Positions 47,924 through 58,190 of a stretch of 64,000 nt of DNA are shown here, piece by piece. A program made the position numbers and the translations under genes. Positions within the stretch are counted from its first letter, which is position 1. The number at the start of each line of letters is the position of its first letter. Under the pieces are notes generated by a model that had not been told where the DNA came from, ran no database searches, and saw nothing but the letters and a program-made list of their open reading frames with translations. Source of the DNA: Candidatus Iainarchaeum sp. (GTDB taxonomy: Archaea; Iainarchaeota; Iainarchaeia; Iainarchaeales; GCA-2688035); contig JAFCCL010000006.1 in NCBI GenBank assembly GCA_017610205.1, positions 42,475 through 106,474 of the forward strand. The letters are read 5' to 3'.

Positions 47924-50332
47924 ATGCAACAAAAACACATTGCAACAGCACTAATTTTTATAGCCTTGATAAGCACAGCAAACGCAGCTACTTACTATGT
48001 GGCGCCCTACGGTAACGACGCGCATACAAAACAACAAGCACAAAATGCCACAACTCCTTGGGCCACCATAAACTATGGAACTAGCCAGCTATTAGCCGGC
48101 GATACTCTTTTGGTTAGAGAAGGAACGTATAGAGAAAGTGTTAATATAAAGGTAAATGGCACAGAAGCAGATAGAATTACCATAAAAGCATATTTAGGAG
48201 AAAAGCCAATTCTAGAAGGCACGCAAGTCACAGGTGGTTGGGCAAAGTGCGTGTCTAAAGAGGAATGCCTTGACAATATTAATTGGCAGAATATCTACTA
48301 TGCAAAAACGAACATAAATCCAGAAGAAAAACTGTTTTTTGAAGATGGAGAATATCTACAAATAGCTCAAGAGCCTAACCAAAGCGATCCTGCCTTAGAG
48401 CAGGTTAGCGAATTTAGCTCTCTTGAGAATGAAGGAAACAATTTTGGGCATCAAATAATAGCAATAAATCCAGGGCAAGCAGAAGTTGGTTCTTTTAGTA
48501 TATCAGACCCAGATGGTTTTTATTCAACGTTGTTTAAAGAGGGGGAAACAATTATTGTAGGAATTAAAAGCGGGTCAAATAAGAACAATGGAAACTACAG
48601 TTTGACAATGGATGCAACTAACCTTAATGGTACCACAACACTTACTGTTGATAGAGAGGTTTTTGATGCACTTTATGATAACATTGAAGTTGAAAACCAG
48701 AGATTTTTTGTTGATAGTGATAAATTAATTCAAGATGATGATTATTGGAATGGAACAAAAATAAGATTTTGGTCTCATGCAGCAAATAACTGGGTTGACA
48801 CAAAATATGTGAAAAGATTTATCCAAGCCAGACACATGGTTGTTTTTGATGTTCCTCTTGGCTGGGCAGTTTCTCCTGGAGGAACAAGCCCTGATGCATA
48901 TTCATTCCAAAACCATCCATTAATTTTAGATAAAGCAGATGAATATTATTATACCACACAGCCAGATATAGATGGGAATTATACAGTTTATTTGTGGCCA
49001 AGAAATGCTTCAGATTTAGACAATAAAATCGGCATTTCTATTTTCATAAGAGGCTTTTACATTAATTCTAAATATGGGAGTTATGTAACTATAGACGGTT
49101 TTACTATTAGAAGCTATTCTGGGACTGAAGGGGGCACTCGATCAGGCGGAATTATCTGTCCCTATGGTTTTAACCATGAGAGTTTAATAATAAAAAATAA
49201 CCTTGTTTATAACAACAAAGGGTATGGCGGGATTGCAATAAGTTCAGGCAATTATGATATAGTTGAAGGCAATCTTGTTTACAACATTTTGGATGGATTC
49301 GGAATTTTACTTGCAGGAACAAATGGAAAAGCAACAGGAAACAATATTACAAAAACAGGGAGGACCTGTCTTTATGTAAGTTTAAAAAAAGGGTTACTTA
49401 CGAACAATGTTCTTGGTATCGGCTCTACCCATGCAAATGGAATAAGTATCTATGCAGGGAACGAAAATATTTTAGTGTCTGGCAACAGGTTTATGAATAA
49501 CAACTTAACTTTTCAAAGCTGCCGCAATCTTACAATTTATAACAATATATTGGACAGCAAAGAAGGAAACTATGTTATCGCAGACTGGAGCAAAAATGGA
49601 GAAAACGTTTACATTTTTAACAACATAATCACAGGCACTAGCAATAATGCTGCTCTTTATGCAACATCTCCAACAACCACTTCTAAAAATAATATAATTG
49701 GAGGAAGCTCTACTATTAACAGAAGCCATAATATTTACATTGCAAGAGCTTGGAACCAAAAACCAAGTTATGGGTGGTTATTGCAGGAAGAAGAAATTGT
49801 TGCAGACGGAACAACAATATACGGTCCGGCATATACAGTTAATGACATTTTTCAGGATATTTCCACATCCTATGAATTAAAAGAAAACAGCATCGCAATT
49901 GACAAGGGGACAAACATTATAACCGAGTTACCGGATTATTTACAAGATCCATTTTTCGCAGAGGTTGATTTTTTAAAAGATATTGATGGAAATCCACGGC
50001 CACAAGGCAATGGATTTGACATTGGACCATACGAATTTCAAAGCAATGCAACGCAAACATGCGCTGGCACTGACTCAAACTGTGGCACCTGGCCAAACTG
50101 CCAAAACTGCAACAGCCAAGACGGCTGCATTGAAACAGCTTACAGAAACTACAGCTGTGAAGGAACAAACTGCAGCTACACAGAACAAGCAGACGACCCA
50201 AGATGCCAAGCAGTAGAATGCGTTGACCTAACAGCACTAACAGACCACATTTCCCAATGGAAACAAGGCAACCTAACAATGCTTGCTCTAATGGAAAAGA
50301 TTCAATTGTGGAAAGCAGAAACAGGATGCTAA
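47924..50332 (+). CDS. Secreted right-handed beta-helix protein (polysaccharide lyase-like) with Cys-rich tail
   Basis: YYVAPYGND...PWATI, Asn ladders, DIDGNPRPQGNGFDIGPYE. Confidence 0.88.
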   Translation: MQQKHIATALIFIALISTANAATYYVAPYGNDAHTKQQAQNATTPWATINYGTSQLLAGDTLLVREGTYRESVNIKVNGTEADRITIKAYLGEKPILEGTQVTGGWAKCVSKEECLDNINWQNIYYAKTNINPEEKLFFEDGEYLQIAQEPNQSDPALEQVSEFSSLENEGNNFGHQIIAINPGQAEVGSFSISDPDGFYSTLFKEGETIIVGIKSGSNKNNGNYSLTMDATNLNGTTTLTVDREVFDALYDNIEVENQRFFVDSDKLIQDDDYWNGTKIRFWSHAANNWVDTKYVKRFIQARHMVVFDVPLGWAVSPGGTSPDAYSFQNHPLILDKADEYYYTTQPDIDGNYTVYLWPRNASDLDNKIGISIFIRGFYINSKYGSYVTIDGFTIRSYSGTEGGTRSGGIICPYGFNHESLIIKNNLVYNNKGYGGIAISSGNYDIVEGNLVYNILDGFGILLAGTNGKATGNNITKTGRTCLYVSLKKGLLTNNVLGIGSTHANGISIYAGNENILVSGNRFMNNNLTFQSCRNLTIYNNILDSKEGNYVIADWSKNGENVYIFNNIITGTSNNAALYATSPTTTSKNNIIGGSSTINRSHNIYIARAWNQKPSYGWLLQEEEIVADGTTIYGPAYTVNDIFQDISTSYELKENSIAIDKGTNIITELPDYLQDPFFAEVDFLKDIDGNPRPQGNGFDIGPYEFQSNATQTCAGTDSNCGTWPNCQNCNSQDGCIETAYRNYSCEGTNCSYTEQADDPRCQAVECVDLTALTDHISQWKQGNLTMLALMEKIQLWKAETGC

Positions 50333-50387
50333 AAAAAAACAAGAGAAAACAATTATATAGGAATTTGAAGCAATAGAATTAAAGAAA

Positions 50388-50654
50388 GTGGAAAAAATGG
50401 GTAAAAAAATTATTTTAGTGTTTGCTGCCTTAGTGATTTTGGCTGGTGGCAGCCTTGCTTCCGGTGTTTCAAGAAGCTTTAGCAGCAATGTTGAACCAGG
50501 AGCCGACCTCAAAGTAATGCTTATCGTAGAGACTGAAGGCGATGAAACTTACTATGCAATAGACGAATTGGTGCCAAAAGGCTGGACAGTAAAAAGCAGC
50601 GGAAGCGAAAGACCAAATAAGATAAAAGCAATAGAAGGAAAAATCGATGAATAA
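50388..50654 (+). pseudogene. Truncated paralog of the downstream surface protein
   Basis: VSRSFS...ETYYAIDE.VP.GWTV shared with 50647-52137. Confidence 0.55.
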
Positions 50655-52137
50655 CAAAGCTGTTTTGCTATTTGCAATTTTTGTAATGTTTTTTGGAAGC
50701 GCTTATGCGTCAACAGTTTCAAGAAACTTTAGTGAGACAACAGTTGAAATTGACAGTAATGTAACTGTAACACTAACTGTTGACATTACCGGAAGTGAAA
50801 CTTATTATGCAATAGACGAAAGCATTCCAACAGGGTGGACAGTGGCTTATGCTGATAACGAACCTGATTCAATACAACAGTCAGGGCATATAAAATTGGT
50901 TGTGATAGAAAACGCGACAAACACGACACACACATACATTCTGACAGCACCAAACCAAGCCGAAACAACAACCTTTTTAGGCATATACATGCTTGAGGGA
51001 ATGAACAATGAAGCGCAAATTTCTGGAGAAAACCAAGTAACTGTTGCTTCAGACAGCTGCGCAACAGATGATGATTGCCCTAGCCAAATATGCTGCAGCA
51101 GAATATGCATCAATCCAGCATGCAGCCTGAACTCAGATTGCGACGACGGAGACGCCTGCACAACAGACTCCTGCGGTGATGGAGGCACCTGCACAGCAGC
51201 CTGCTCAAACACGCCAATAGAAGGATGTGGCGAAGAACCAGAGCCAGCATCAGGGCCAGGAGGCGGAAGCTCAGGAGGCGGTGGAGACACTGGCAACAGG
51301 TTAACCATCAACATAGAAGGAAGCTGCCTAAGGCAACCAATCACTATAACAGTACTAAACCAACAAGGAAATCCGTTAACAGGAGCATTTACAAGAGTAA
51401 CAAAAAACCGGACAACTGTTGAAACAAAAACAACAAACCAGACAGGAAAAAACACATTTGTATTTGAAGAACCAGGAGAATACACAATCTACACAACCAA
51501 ACCAGGATACCATGCAAACACCAAAACAATCCAAGTCAGAGAATGCAAACCACCAACAGCACACTTCGAACAAGAAATAAAAACAGGCCAAACACAAACA
51601 ATAACACTAACAACAGATGACGGCAATACAATAACAGACTTCAACGTCCTGATAACATACCCAAACAATACAACAGCACTGCTTGAAGCAAAAGATGGGG
51701 CGATAATACTGCCAGCAGAGGAAGCAGGAACATACACAGCAACAGTAACAACAACAGACTTTCAAACAACAGTAAACTTTGAAGCAACAACACCAATGCA
51801 AATAATCCCAAACATCAAACCAGACGCAAGACCAGTAGTCAGCGCAGTACTAGGAGAAGAAACAGTCCAAACACCAAACTACCTAATCATATGGATACTA
51901 GCAGTAGCAATCATAAGTGGACTAATCATAGAAATAACAAAAGTCAAGCCAGGATGGTTCAGAATATTCATGGCAACAACATACACAACCCTGCCATTAG
52001 TAGTAAATTACTACACAAACATCTGGATAGCCTTCGCAACAATAGCAATACAAACAGTAATCCTAACAGCACTATACTTCAACCAATGGAGAATAAAAAA
52101 AGCACTACAAGCAATAAGCAAACTTGAAAATAATTAA
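50647..52137 (+). CDS. Surface protein with Cys-rich repeat, Ig-like domains and three C-terminal TMs
   Basis: Signal peptide; CDDGDACTTDSC; Gly/Ser linker; TMs. Confidence 0.85.
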   Translation: MNNKAVLLFAIFVMFFGSAYASTVSRNFSETTVEIDSNVTVTLTVDITGSETYYAIDESIPTGWTVAYADNEPDSIQQSGHIKLVVIENATNTTHTYILTAPNQAETTTFLGIYMLEGMNNEAQISGENQVTVASDSCATDDDCPSQICCSRICINPACSLNSDCDDGDACTTDSCGDGGTCTAACSNTPIEGCGEEPEPASGPGGGSSGGGGDTGNRLTINIEGSCLRQPITITVLNQQGNPLTGAFTRVTKNRTTVETKTTNQTGKNTFVFEEPGEYTIYTTKPGYHANTKTIQVRECKPPTAHFEQEIKTGQTQTITLTTDDGNTITDFNVLITYPNNTTALLEAKDGAIILPAEEAGTYTATVTTTDFQTTVNFEATTPMQIIPNIKPDARPVVSAVLGEETVQTPNYLIIWILAVAIISGLIIEITKVKPGWFRIFMATTYTTLPLVVNYYTNIWIAFATIAIQTVILTALYFNQWRIKKALQAISKLENN

Positions 52138-52499
52138 AAAAAAATGTTTGATTAATGCGGCAATTTTTTTCAGCAAATCTTTTCTTTGCTTTTTTGGAAA
52201 CTTTTGTTTTCTTTGAAGCCATCTATAAAAATAAAGGAAAAAGAGAATTTAGTACTTTGCCTTCAAGAAGTTTTTAAACAAGGTCCAACTTAAGCAAAAT
52301 CTAATTAACCAACAAAAGTCCAATCCATGAAATGGCAACAGAATTTACCTACAACGCCAAGGAAAAGAAAAGCTTTATAAATAACAAAAGACTTCTATTG
52401 ACTTAGAGTGCCTCCCTCAAAAAGGAAAGGTTAAAAAGGGAGAAAAGCACCAAATATTAATAGAATTATTAACATATTAATTGGAAAAAATTAACGAAG

Positions 52500-53360
52500 G
52501 TGAGTATTAGGATGTATCCAGAAGACGCAGGAGGAGAACCGGCACAAGGTGGCGGAATGAAAGCAGGCGTTACAAGAAATCTTGAGGCCCTAATTCCGTT
52601 AATTCTGATTGTCATAATAGCTGCATTCTTAGGTCACAAATTTGGATTGTGGACAATCCCATTTTTGGGAGGAGATAATCAGGTCCAGATGCTGGTAGTA
52701 GGCCAGCCAAGTGTTGACCTGCTTGCAGACCTTGACAACCAGCGAGATTTGGTATACTACAGAGTAAAAGATGCTTCAGATTTAGATGCAGCACCACAAG
52801 AGCAGCTAGCTCAATATGACATTGTTTTGCTTGACCAGCATATGGGAATAACGCCATATGACAAAAGTGTCTCAAGGACTTTTGGCGAAGCACTTGAAAA
52901 CTATGTCAAAACAGGCGGAAAGCTAATAACCGTAATGGATTCAGGAATTTATAGATCTGGAGGAATTTACGGAACAGGGGTTGCATCAGACGTAATAGGT
53001 TGGAGAGCAACATTTGGCGATATTATACCAGTTGAATGTGATCTTGGGCCAAACGACATTCCGACATGCAAGCAGCCAATTGCAACAACAGGCAAAATTT
53101 ACAGGTTGGACTTTGACAACAAAATGATGGAAGGCATAGAAGTTGCCCCAGCAGACCCAAGATATGGTCCACTGAACATACTAACATTTGATGTCAAACC
53201 AAACGGAAATCAGGTTGCCTACATAAAACATATTGCGACTGCAAGCAACTACCCAGGAATAGTTGAAAAAAATCTCCTAATAGGAAAAAGCATTTACTTC
53301 AACTACGACCCAGCTATAACTCCTGGAATCTGGCAAAACACTCTGGAATATCTGCGCTAA
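52500..53360 (+). CDS. N-anchored extracellular protein with GATase-like fold
   Basis: YDIVLLD, YVKTGGKLITVMDSG. Confidence 0.75.
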   Translation: MSIRMYPEDAGGEPAQGGGMKAGVTRNLEALIPLILIVIIAAFLGHKFGLWTIPFLGGDNQVQMLVVGQPSVDLLADLDNQRDLVYYRVKDASDLDAAPQEQLAQYDIVLLDQHMGITPYDKSVSRTFGEALENYVKTGGKLITVMDSGIYRSGGIYGTGVASDVIGWRATFGDIIPVECDLGPNDIPTCKQPIATTGKIYRLDFDNKMMEGIEVAPADPRYGPLNILTFDVKPNGNQVAYIKHIATASNYPGIVEKNLLIGKSIYFNYDPAITPGIWQNTLEYLR

Positions 53361-53588
53361 TGCAAAGGCATTCCAGCAATTTTTTCTTTTTTAAAAAAAA
53401 ACCAGGCACAGCCTTAGACAGTGTAGGGAATGATATTAGACATTGCATAATTCACTAATTACGATAAAATGGTAAAATAAAACATATTTATAAAAAAAGG
53501 TTGTAGGCATATTTTTTTAGAAAAGGCAGTTTGCCTTTAAGAAATTAGATAACAGAATTTCAAAAAAAATAGCGTACATCAGGGAGGT

Positions 53589-53870
53589 GTGCTTTGGATG
53601 ACTGGGGATAACATTGTTTTCGTTGGAAAAAAAGGAACAATGGCATATGTTTTGGCTGTTGTAACACAAATGAATCAGGGTGCAAAAATCATTCAAATAA
53701 AAGCCAGAGGAAGAGCAATCAGTCGGGCTGTTGACGTCGCAGAAATTGTAAGAAACAAGTTTGTGATAGAGAGCAAGATTGACAACATAAACATTTCAAC
53801 AGAAGAAATCAAAACAGAGGAAGGAACACCTTTGAAGGTTTCAGCAATAGAAATAACACTATCAAAATAA
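53589..53870 (+). CDS. albA: DNA/RNA-binding protein Alba
   Basis: [33 protein letters not shown]. Confidence 0.97.
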   Translation: MLWMTGDNIVFVGKKGTMAYVLAVVTQMNQGAKIIQIKARGRAISRAVDVAEIVRNKFVIESKIDNINISTEEIKTEEGTPLKVSAIEITLSK

Positions 53871-54034
53871 TTGTTTTTGAAAGGAATTGATTCTTTCCTT
53901 TCAAACTTTCTTATTCTTTCTTGAAATACAGAAAAACAGCATAAACCTCGTTTCTGCACAAAAAGCCTGGTTTGAAACCCAAAGTTGTACTCCCTTCTTG
54001 TGCAAACATCCTGAAAAGCAAAGCTTTATTAATG

Positions 54035-54071
54035 TCATGACACTATCATGATACATCATGTCAAGTCATGA
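54035..54071. promoter_or_regulatory. Four helically phased TCATGA palindromes overlapping a promoter and start codon
   Basis: Sites at 54035, 54046, 54056 (TCATGT) and 54066; spacing 11/10/10. Confidence 0.6.
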
Positions 54072-54561
54072 TTCAACAAAGCAGCTTGAAGACCTGTTTG
54101 GGGACGCGGAGTTAGTCAAGAAAATTTCTCCAAAGTTTTCCGAACTGAGCCTTGATTTGCAGGAGATTAGCAGGCAGTGCAAAAACCCAATGTTTTTGGC
54201 AGTGTTGCTTTTCAAGCTTTCAGAGGAAAGGGAAAAGACAAACAAAATGCTTGAAGACATTCATGACAAGTTTGACCAAATAATGTTCAAAATGAAAACG
54301 GCTGAACTGGATCATACCCCTTTGCAGCAAAGCAGAGTTGACTCGCCTAGCTCAATTCTCTCAGAGCAGGACCAGATGATAATGCACATGGTCCAATCAA
54401 ATGGAAAAGCAACAGCCGAGGAAATAAAAGCGGAACTCGGCTATAAGGGAAGAAACGCAGCTTCCCAAAGATTGAACCGCTTATTCAAAGAAGGGCATTT
54501 AAGAAAACTACAATCAGGGAGGAAAGTATTGTATTTGGCAAGGAATACCCAAATTCCTTAA
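54058..54561 (+). CDS. Coiled-coil plus winged-helix DNA-binding protein
   Basis: ATAEEIKAELGYKGRNAASQRLNRLFKEGHL. Confidence 0.8.
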   Translation: MSSHDSTKQLEDLFGDAELVKKISPKFSELSLDLQEISRQCKNPMFLAVLLFKLSEEREKTNKMLEDIHDKFDQIMFKMKTAELDHTPLQQSRVDSPSSILSEQDQMIMHMVQSNGKATAEEIKAELGYKGRNAASQRLNRLFKEGHLRKLQSGRKVLYLARNTQIP

Positions 54562-54687
54562 CTCCCAACCCCCACCTCCTTCGCCAGATACATTTCCTCC
54601 CCTTAAATGCCCACCTCCTTTGCCTTAATAACTCTTCAAATTTTTTAAGAGATAGGTTTATATTTTTCCAATTCGTTTGTTTAACTT

Positions 54688-57279
54688 ATGGCAATTAAGG
54701 AAATTGGAAAGGGCGAAAATATTATTGGAAGAAGCCTTAAAGATCTTTCAAAATATGGAAAGGAAGGAACAGGATATCTTGGCAAGGTCTTAATGTCAAG
54801 CGGTGAAAGGCCTGTTCTTGGAAGCAAAATTCTTGTTGATGTTGCAAGACCACACCTTATGTTAATTTGCGGAAAGAGAGGTGGAGGAAAGTGCCTTGCA
54901 GGCGACACTCTTATTACAATGGACGACGGTTCGCTTGTAGAAATAAAAGACTTAGAACACGACTCACGTGGTGTTGTGTCAATGAATGAAAATTACAAAA
55001 TTGGCAAAACACCAAAGCAAGAATTTTTCAAGCGACCAGTAGAAAAGCTTTTAGAGGTTGAATTTAGAAGCGGGCGAAAGATAAAGCTTACACCAGAACA
55101 TCCTTTGCTTACAATTGAAGGCTGGAAACCCTTAGAGCAACTTTCAAAAGGCAGCAGGATTGCAACACCGAGAAAACAAGAAGTTTTTGGCAACGGGTTC
55201 TTACGCGAATGTGAGGTAAAGCTTCTTGCGTACTTAATTGCGGAGGGGCACATGGCAAGAAGGACTGTTTGGTTTAGCAATACCGATAAAAAAATAGTTT
55301 CCGACTTCAAACAAGCAGTACATGAATTCGATGAAAATTTGCAAGTTAATTTGAGCGGACAATACAATTGGCGTGTTGTAAACTCAAACCCAAAAACTAA
55401 AATTATAAAAGCCGTAAGAAAGAATGGAAAGTTTGCAAAAGGAACAAAGATTGCGCCAGTTAACACCCTAAGAAACTGGCTTAAAAACATTGAAGTATAT
55501 GACTTGTTGTCACATGAAAAAACTATCCCACAAAAAGTATTGCAAATGCCAAAACAAAAACTTGCACTTTTCTTAAACAGACTATTCAGCTGTGATGGCA
55601 GTATTTATTCAGAATCAGAAAGATATAGACTTAGTTATTCAAGTGTTTCCGAAAGACTTATAAGACAGGTACAGCATTTGCTACTTCGCTTTGGCGTGCT
55701 TTCAAAAATAAGGAAAAAAACAGCAGTGCTAGACGGAAAAAGCTTTGGTTCTTTTGAAATAGTAATTCAGGGCGAAAGCCTTGAAACTTTTCTGAAAGAA
55801 ATCGGATTTTATGGAGAAAAAGAATTTAAACAACAGAAGGCATTGCTTGAAGTTCAGGCAATAAGAAAAAATCCGAATCTTGACACTATTCCGAAAGAAA
55901 TCTGGAAACAGTACAGGCCAAAAAATTGGGCAGAAATTGGAAGAAGCGTTGGATACAAAATACCAAAAAGCATGTGTGAAAGTATTCATTATGCACCATC
56001 AAGACAGAAAATGCTTCAGATAGCAAAAGTTGACGATTGCAAAATAATGGAACTGCTTGCAGAAAGCGATATTTTTTGGGATGAAATAAAAAAAATTACA
56101 GAATTAGCAGGAAATTTTGAGGTTTATGACATCAGTGTTCCTGAAAAACATAATTTTGTTGCAAACGATATTATAGTGCATAATAGCTATTCTATGGCAG
56201 TGCTTTTGGAGGAAATGGCTCGTGTTTCTCCAAGCGTAAGGCAAAGGCTTTCAGTAATAGTTATTGACACCGTTGGAATTTTTTGGAGCCTTAAGATTCC
56301 AAACAAGGAAAATGTCAAAGGACTTTCAGACTGGGACTTAAAGCCTGCTGCAACAGACGTAAAAATAATGGTTCCAAAGGGAAAGCTTGGCTTTTACAAA
56401 GAAAAAGAAATTCCTGTTGACGGAGCTTTTACTTTAAAGGCTTCAGAGCTTGAGGCAGGGGAATGGATGGCTTTGTTTAGAATGAAGTGGTCAGAGCCTT
56501 CGGCCGTGCTTCTTGCAAGGGCTGTTGAAAACCTTAAGGAAACCCTTGGAACATATTACGGAATTTCTGACATAATTTCAATGGTAAAAAAGGACAATGA
56601 GTCTGACAGCAACACAAAGCAGGCTTTGATTAACAGGCTTAGGGCAGCACAGGCTTGGGGGCTTATTGAAAGGCAGGGAACAAAAATCAGGGATTTGGTA
56701 AAGCCTGGAAAGATTACAATAATTGATGTAAGCAGCTACAGGCAGGCAATTGGAATGGAGGGAACAAAGGACATTATTGTTGCATTGCTTGGAAAAAAGC
56801 TTTTTGAGGACAGAATGCTTTTCAGGAAAGAGGAAGAAATTAAAATGGTAAAGGGAGAGAAAAGGGAATCTTCAATGCCAATTGTCTGGATGTTTATTGA
56901 CGAGGCACATATGTTTATGCCAAAGGATGAGGACAACCTTGCGTTAAAAGTATTGCTTGAGTGGGTTAGGGTTGGAAGACAGCCTGGTTTGAGCCTTGTA
57001 CTTGCAACCCAAAGGCCGAATAAACTGCATCCTGATGCAATAAGCCAGTGTGATTTGTTTATTTCCCACAGGATGACTGCAAAGCCTGACATAGATGCAG
57101 TTGGGGCTCTGAGGCCTAGTTATATGCATCAGGATTTTGACAAATATTTTGCAGAAATGCCAAGAAGCAAGGGGTTTGCATTAATAATTGATGACAACAC
57201 TGAAAAAATCTGGATGATTAAGGTAAGACCAAGGCTTTCATGGGATGCAGGCGTTACTGCCTCTGCTTTTTTGAAATAA
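54688..57279 (+). CDS. HerA/FtsK-like (DUF87) ATPase with intein
   Basis: Spliced Walker A GKRGGGK-S; FIDEAH; GRQPG; ATQRP. Confidence 0.9.
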   Translation: MAIKEIGKGENIIGRSLKDLSKYGKEGTGYLGKVLMSSGERPVLGSKILVDVARPHLMLICGKRGGGKCLAGDTLITMDDGSLVEIKDLEHDSRGVVSMNENYKIGKTPKQEFFKRPVEKLLEVEFRSGRKIKLTPEHPLLTIEGWKPLEQLSKGSRIATPRKQEVFGNGFLRECEVKLLAYLIAEGHMARRTVWFSNTDKKIVSDFKQAVHEFDENLQVNLSGQYNWRVVNSNPKTKIIKAVRKNGKFAKGTKIAPVNTLRNWLKNIEVYDLLSHEKTIPQKVLQMPKQKLALFLNRLFSCDGSIYSESERYRLSYSSVSERLIRQVQHLLLRFGVLSKIRKKTAVLDGKSFGSFEIVIQGESLETFLKEIGFYGEKEFKQQKALLEVQAIRKNPNLDTIPKEIWKQYRPKNWAEIGRSVGYKIPKSMCESIHYAPSRQKMLQIAKVDDCKIMELLAESDIFWDEIKKITELAGNFEVYDISVPEKHNFVANDIIVHNSYSMAVLLEEMARVSPSVRQRLSVIVIDTVGIFWSLKIPNKENVKGLSDWDLKPAATDVKIMVPKGKLGFYKEKEIPVDGAFTLKASELEAGEWMALFRMKWSEPSAVLLARAVENLKETLGTYYGISDIISMVKKDNESDSNTKQALINRLRAAQAWGLIERQGTKIRDLVKPGKITIIDVSSYRQAIGMEGTKDIIVALLGKKLFEDRMLFRKEEEIKMVKGEKRESSMPIVWMFIDEAHMFMPKDEDNLALKVLLEWVRVGRQPGLSLVLATQRPNKLHPDAISQCDLFISHRMTAKPDIDAVGALRPSYMHQDFDKYFAEMPRSKGFALIIDDNTEKIWMIKVRPRLSWDAGVTASAFLK
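54892..56184 (+). mobile_element. Intein (431 aa) with LAGLIDADG homing endonuclease
   Basis: C1 CLAGDT, block B LTPEHP, LAYLIAEG and FLNRLFSCDG, terminal IVHN/S. Confidence 0.95.
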
Positions 57280-57299
57280 ATCCTTTGCGGCACAGGCAA

Positions 57300-58013
57300 T
57301 TATACTGACAGGTGTTTTTCAATGCTTTTGCCTTCAAGCACTTCACACAATCGGTCAAGCCTGAAAAGCCTTTCCTGAGGGGCATCAACAGCAAGGGTTT
57401 TTTTGTCATGCCATACAAGCTTCAGACCATCGCATTCAAGAGAAATGTTTGAAGCAAGCCTTTTAGAAGACATGTATTCCACAAACGCCTTTAGGTTTTT
57501 TGGCTTTAAAACAATGCCGTTTCCTTCAGCTTTGAGCTTTAGGGCGTTGGCTGTTTTTTCAATGTCAATGGTCCCGATAAAACGGGGTTTGAACACCGCT
57601 TTTTGGATTGAAAAGGATTCCATTGCCTGTTTTGCAAACTTTGTTGCTGCCTTTCCGGTTTCAAAAGAGTAAAGCCTTTCAGTTCTGTGCTTTTCAATAA
57701 AAAGCCTTGCTCTTGCCTCGTTTTCAAAAAAGCCGTCAATCCCCTTTTTTAGCTTTTCAAGATTGCTAAAAAGAAGCCTTGCCTGTCCAACAATTTTCTT
57801 TCCCTTTAGTTCCTTTTCAAATTCTTTTGCAAGGCTTTGGGTTTTGGCAGATGCTTCTTCAAAAAGTGCAAGGTTTTCAAAAATTGATTCAATTTCTTTT
57901 GGAAGGTCTGAAGCCTCTTTCAGTTGCCTGTTTGCCCTGAAAAGGTTTTTTTCGGTTTCCTTAACCAAGTTGGCAAGCTTGGCTTTGCCTAAATTCTTTT
58001 CCATAACTCCCAT
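57300..58013 (-). CDS. Hypothetical protein with coiled-coil N-terminus
   Basis: 237 aa ORF with host-like codon usage. Confidence 0.7.
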   Translation of the reverse strand: MGVMEKNLGKAKLANLVKETEKNLFRANRQLKEASDLPKEIESIFENLALFEEASAKTQSLAKEFEKELKGKKIVGQARLLFSNLEKLKKGIDGFFENEARARLFIEKHRTERLYSFETGKAATKFAKQAMESFSIQKAVFKPRFIGTIDIEKTANALKLKAEGNGIVLKPKNLKAFVEYMSSKRLASNISLECDGLKLVWHDKKTLAVDAPQERLFRLDRLCEVLEGKSIEKHLSV

Positions 58014-58052
58014 TAAACAAAGGATTTTGAAATTATTAATTCTATCGGAAAT

Positions 58053-58124
58053 TGGACCCGGCCGGAATTGAACCGGCGACCTTCGCCTTGTGAAGGCGAT
58101 GTCATACCACTAGACCACGGGTCC
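58053..58124 (-). tRNA. tRNA-Val(CAC)
   Basis: GGACCCG...UCGCC-UU CAC AA-GGCGA...CGGGUCC-A. Confidence 0.95.
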
Positions 58125-58190
58125 TGACTAATTAATTTTTCTTTAGGCAAATGTTTAAATATTAAATAAGCCCTAATCTTATTGGTTTAA

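Noticed and set aside
50540-50840. DGR template/variable repeat pair
   Set aside because: Differences are not adenine-specific and no reverse transcriptase is present; ordinary paralogy.
52134-52222. 29-aa basic ORF MASKKTKVSKKAKKR on the minus strand
   Set aside because: Very short and T/A-rich; could be an orphan remnant but unsupported.
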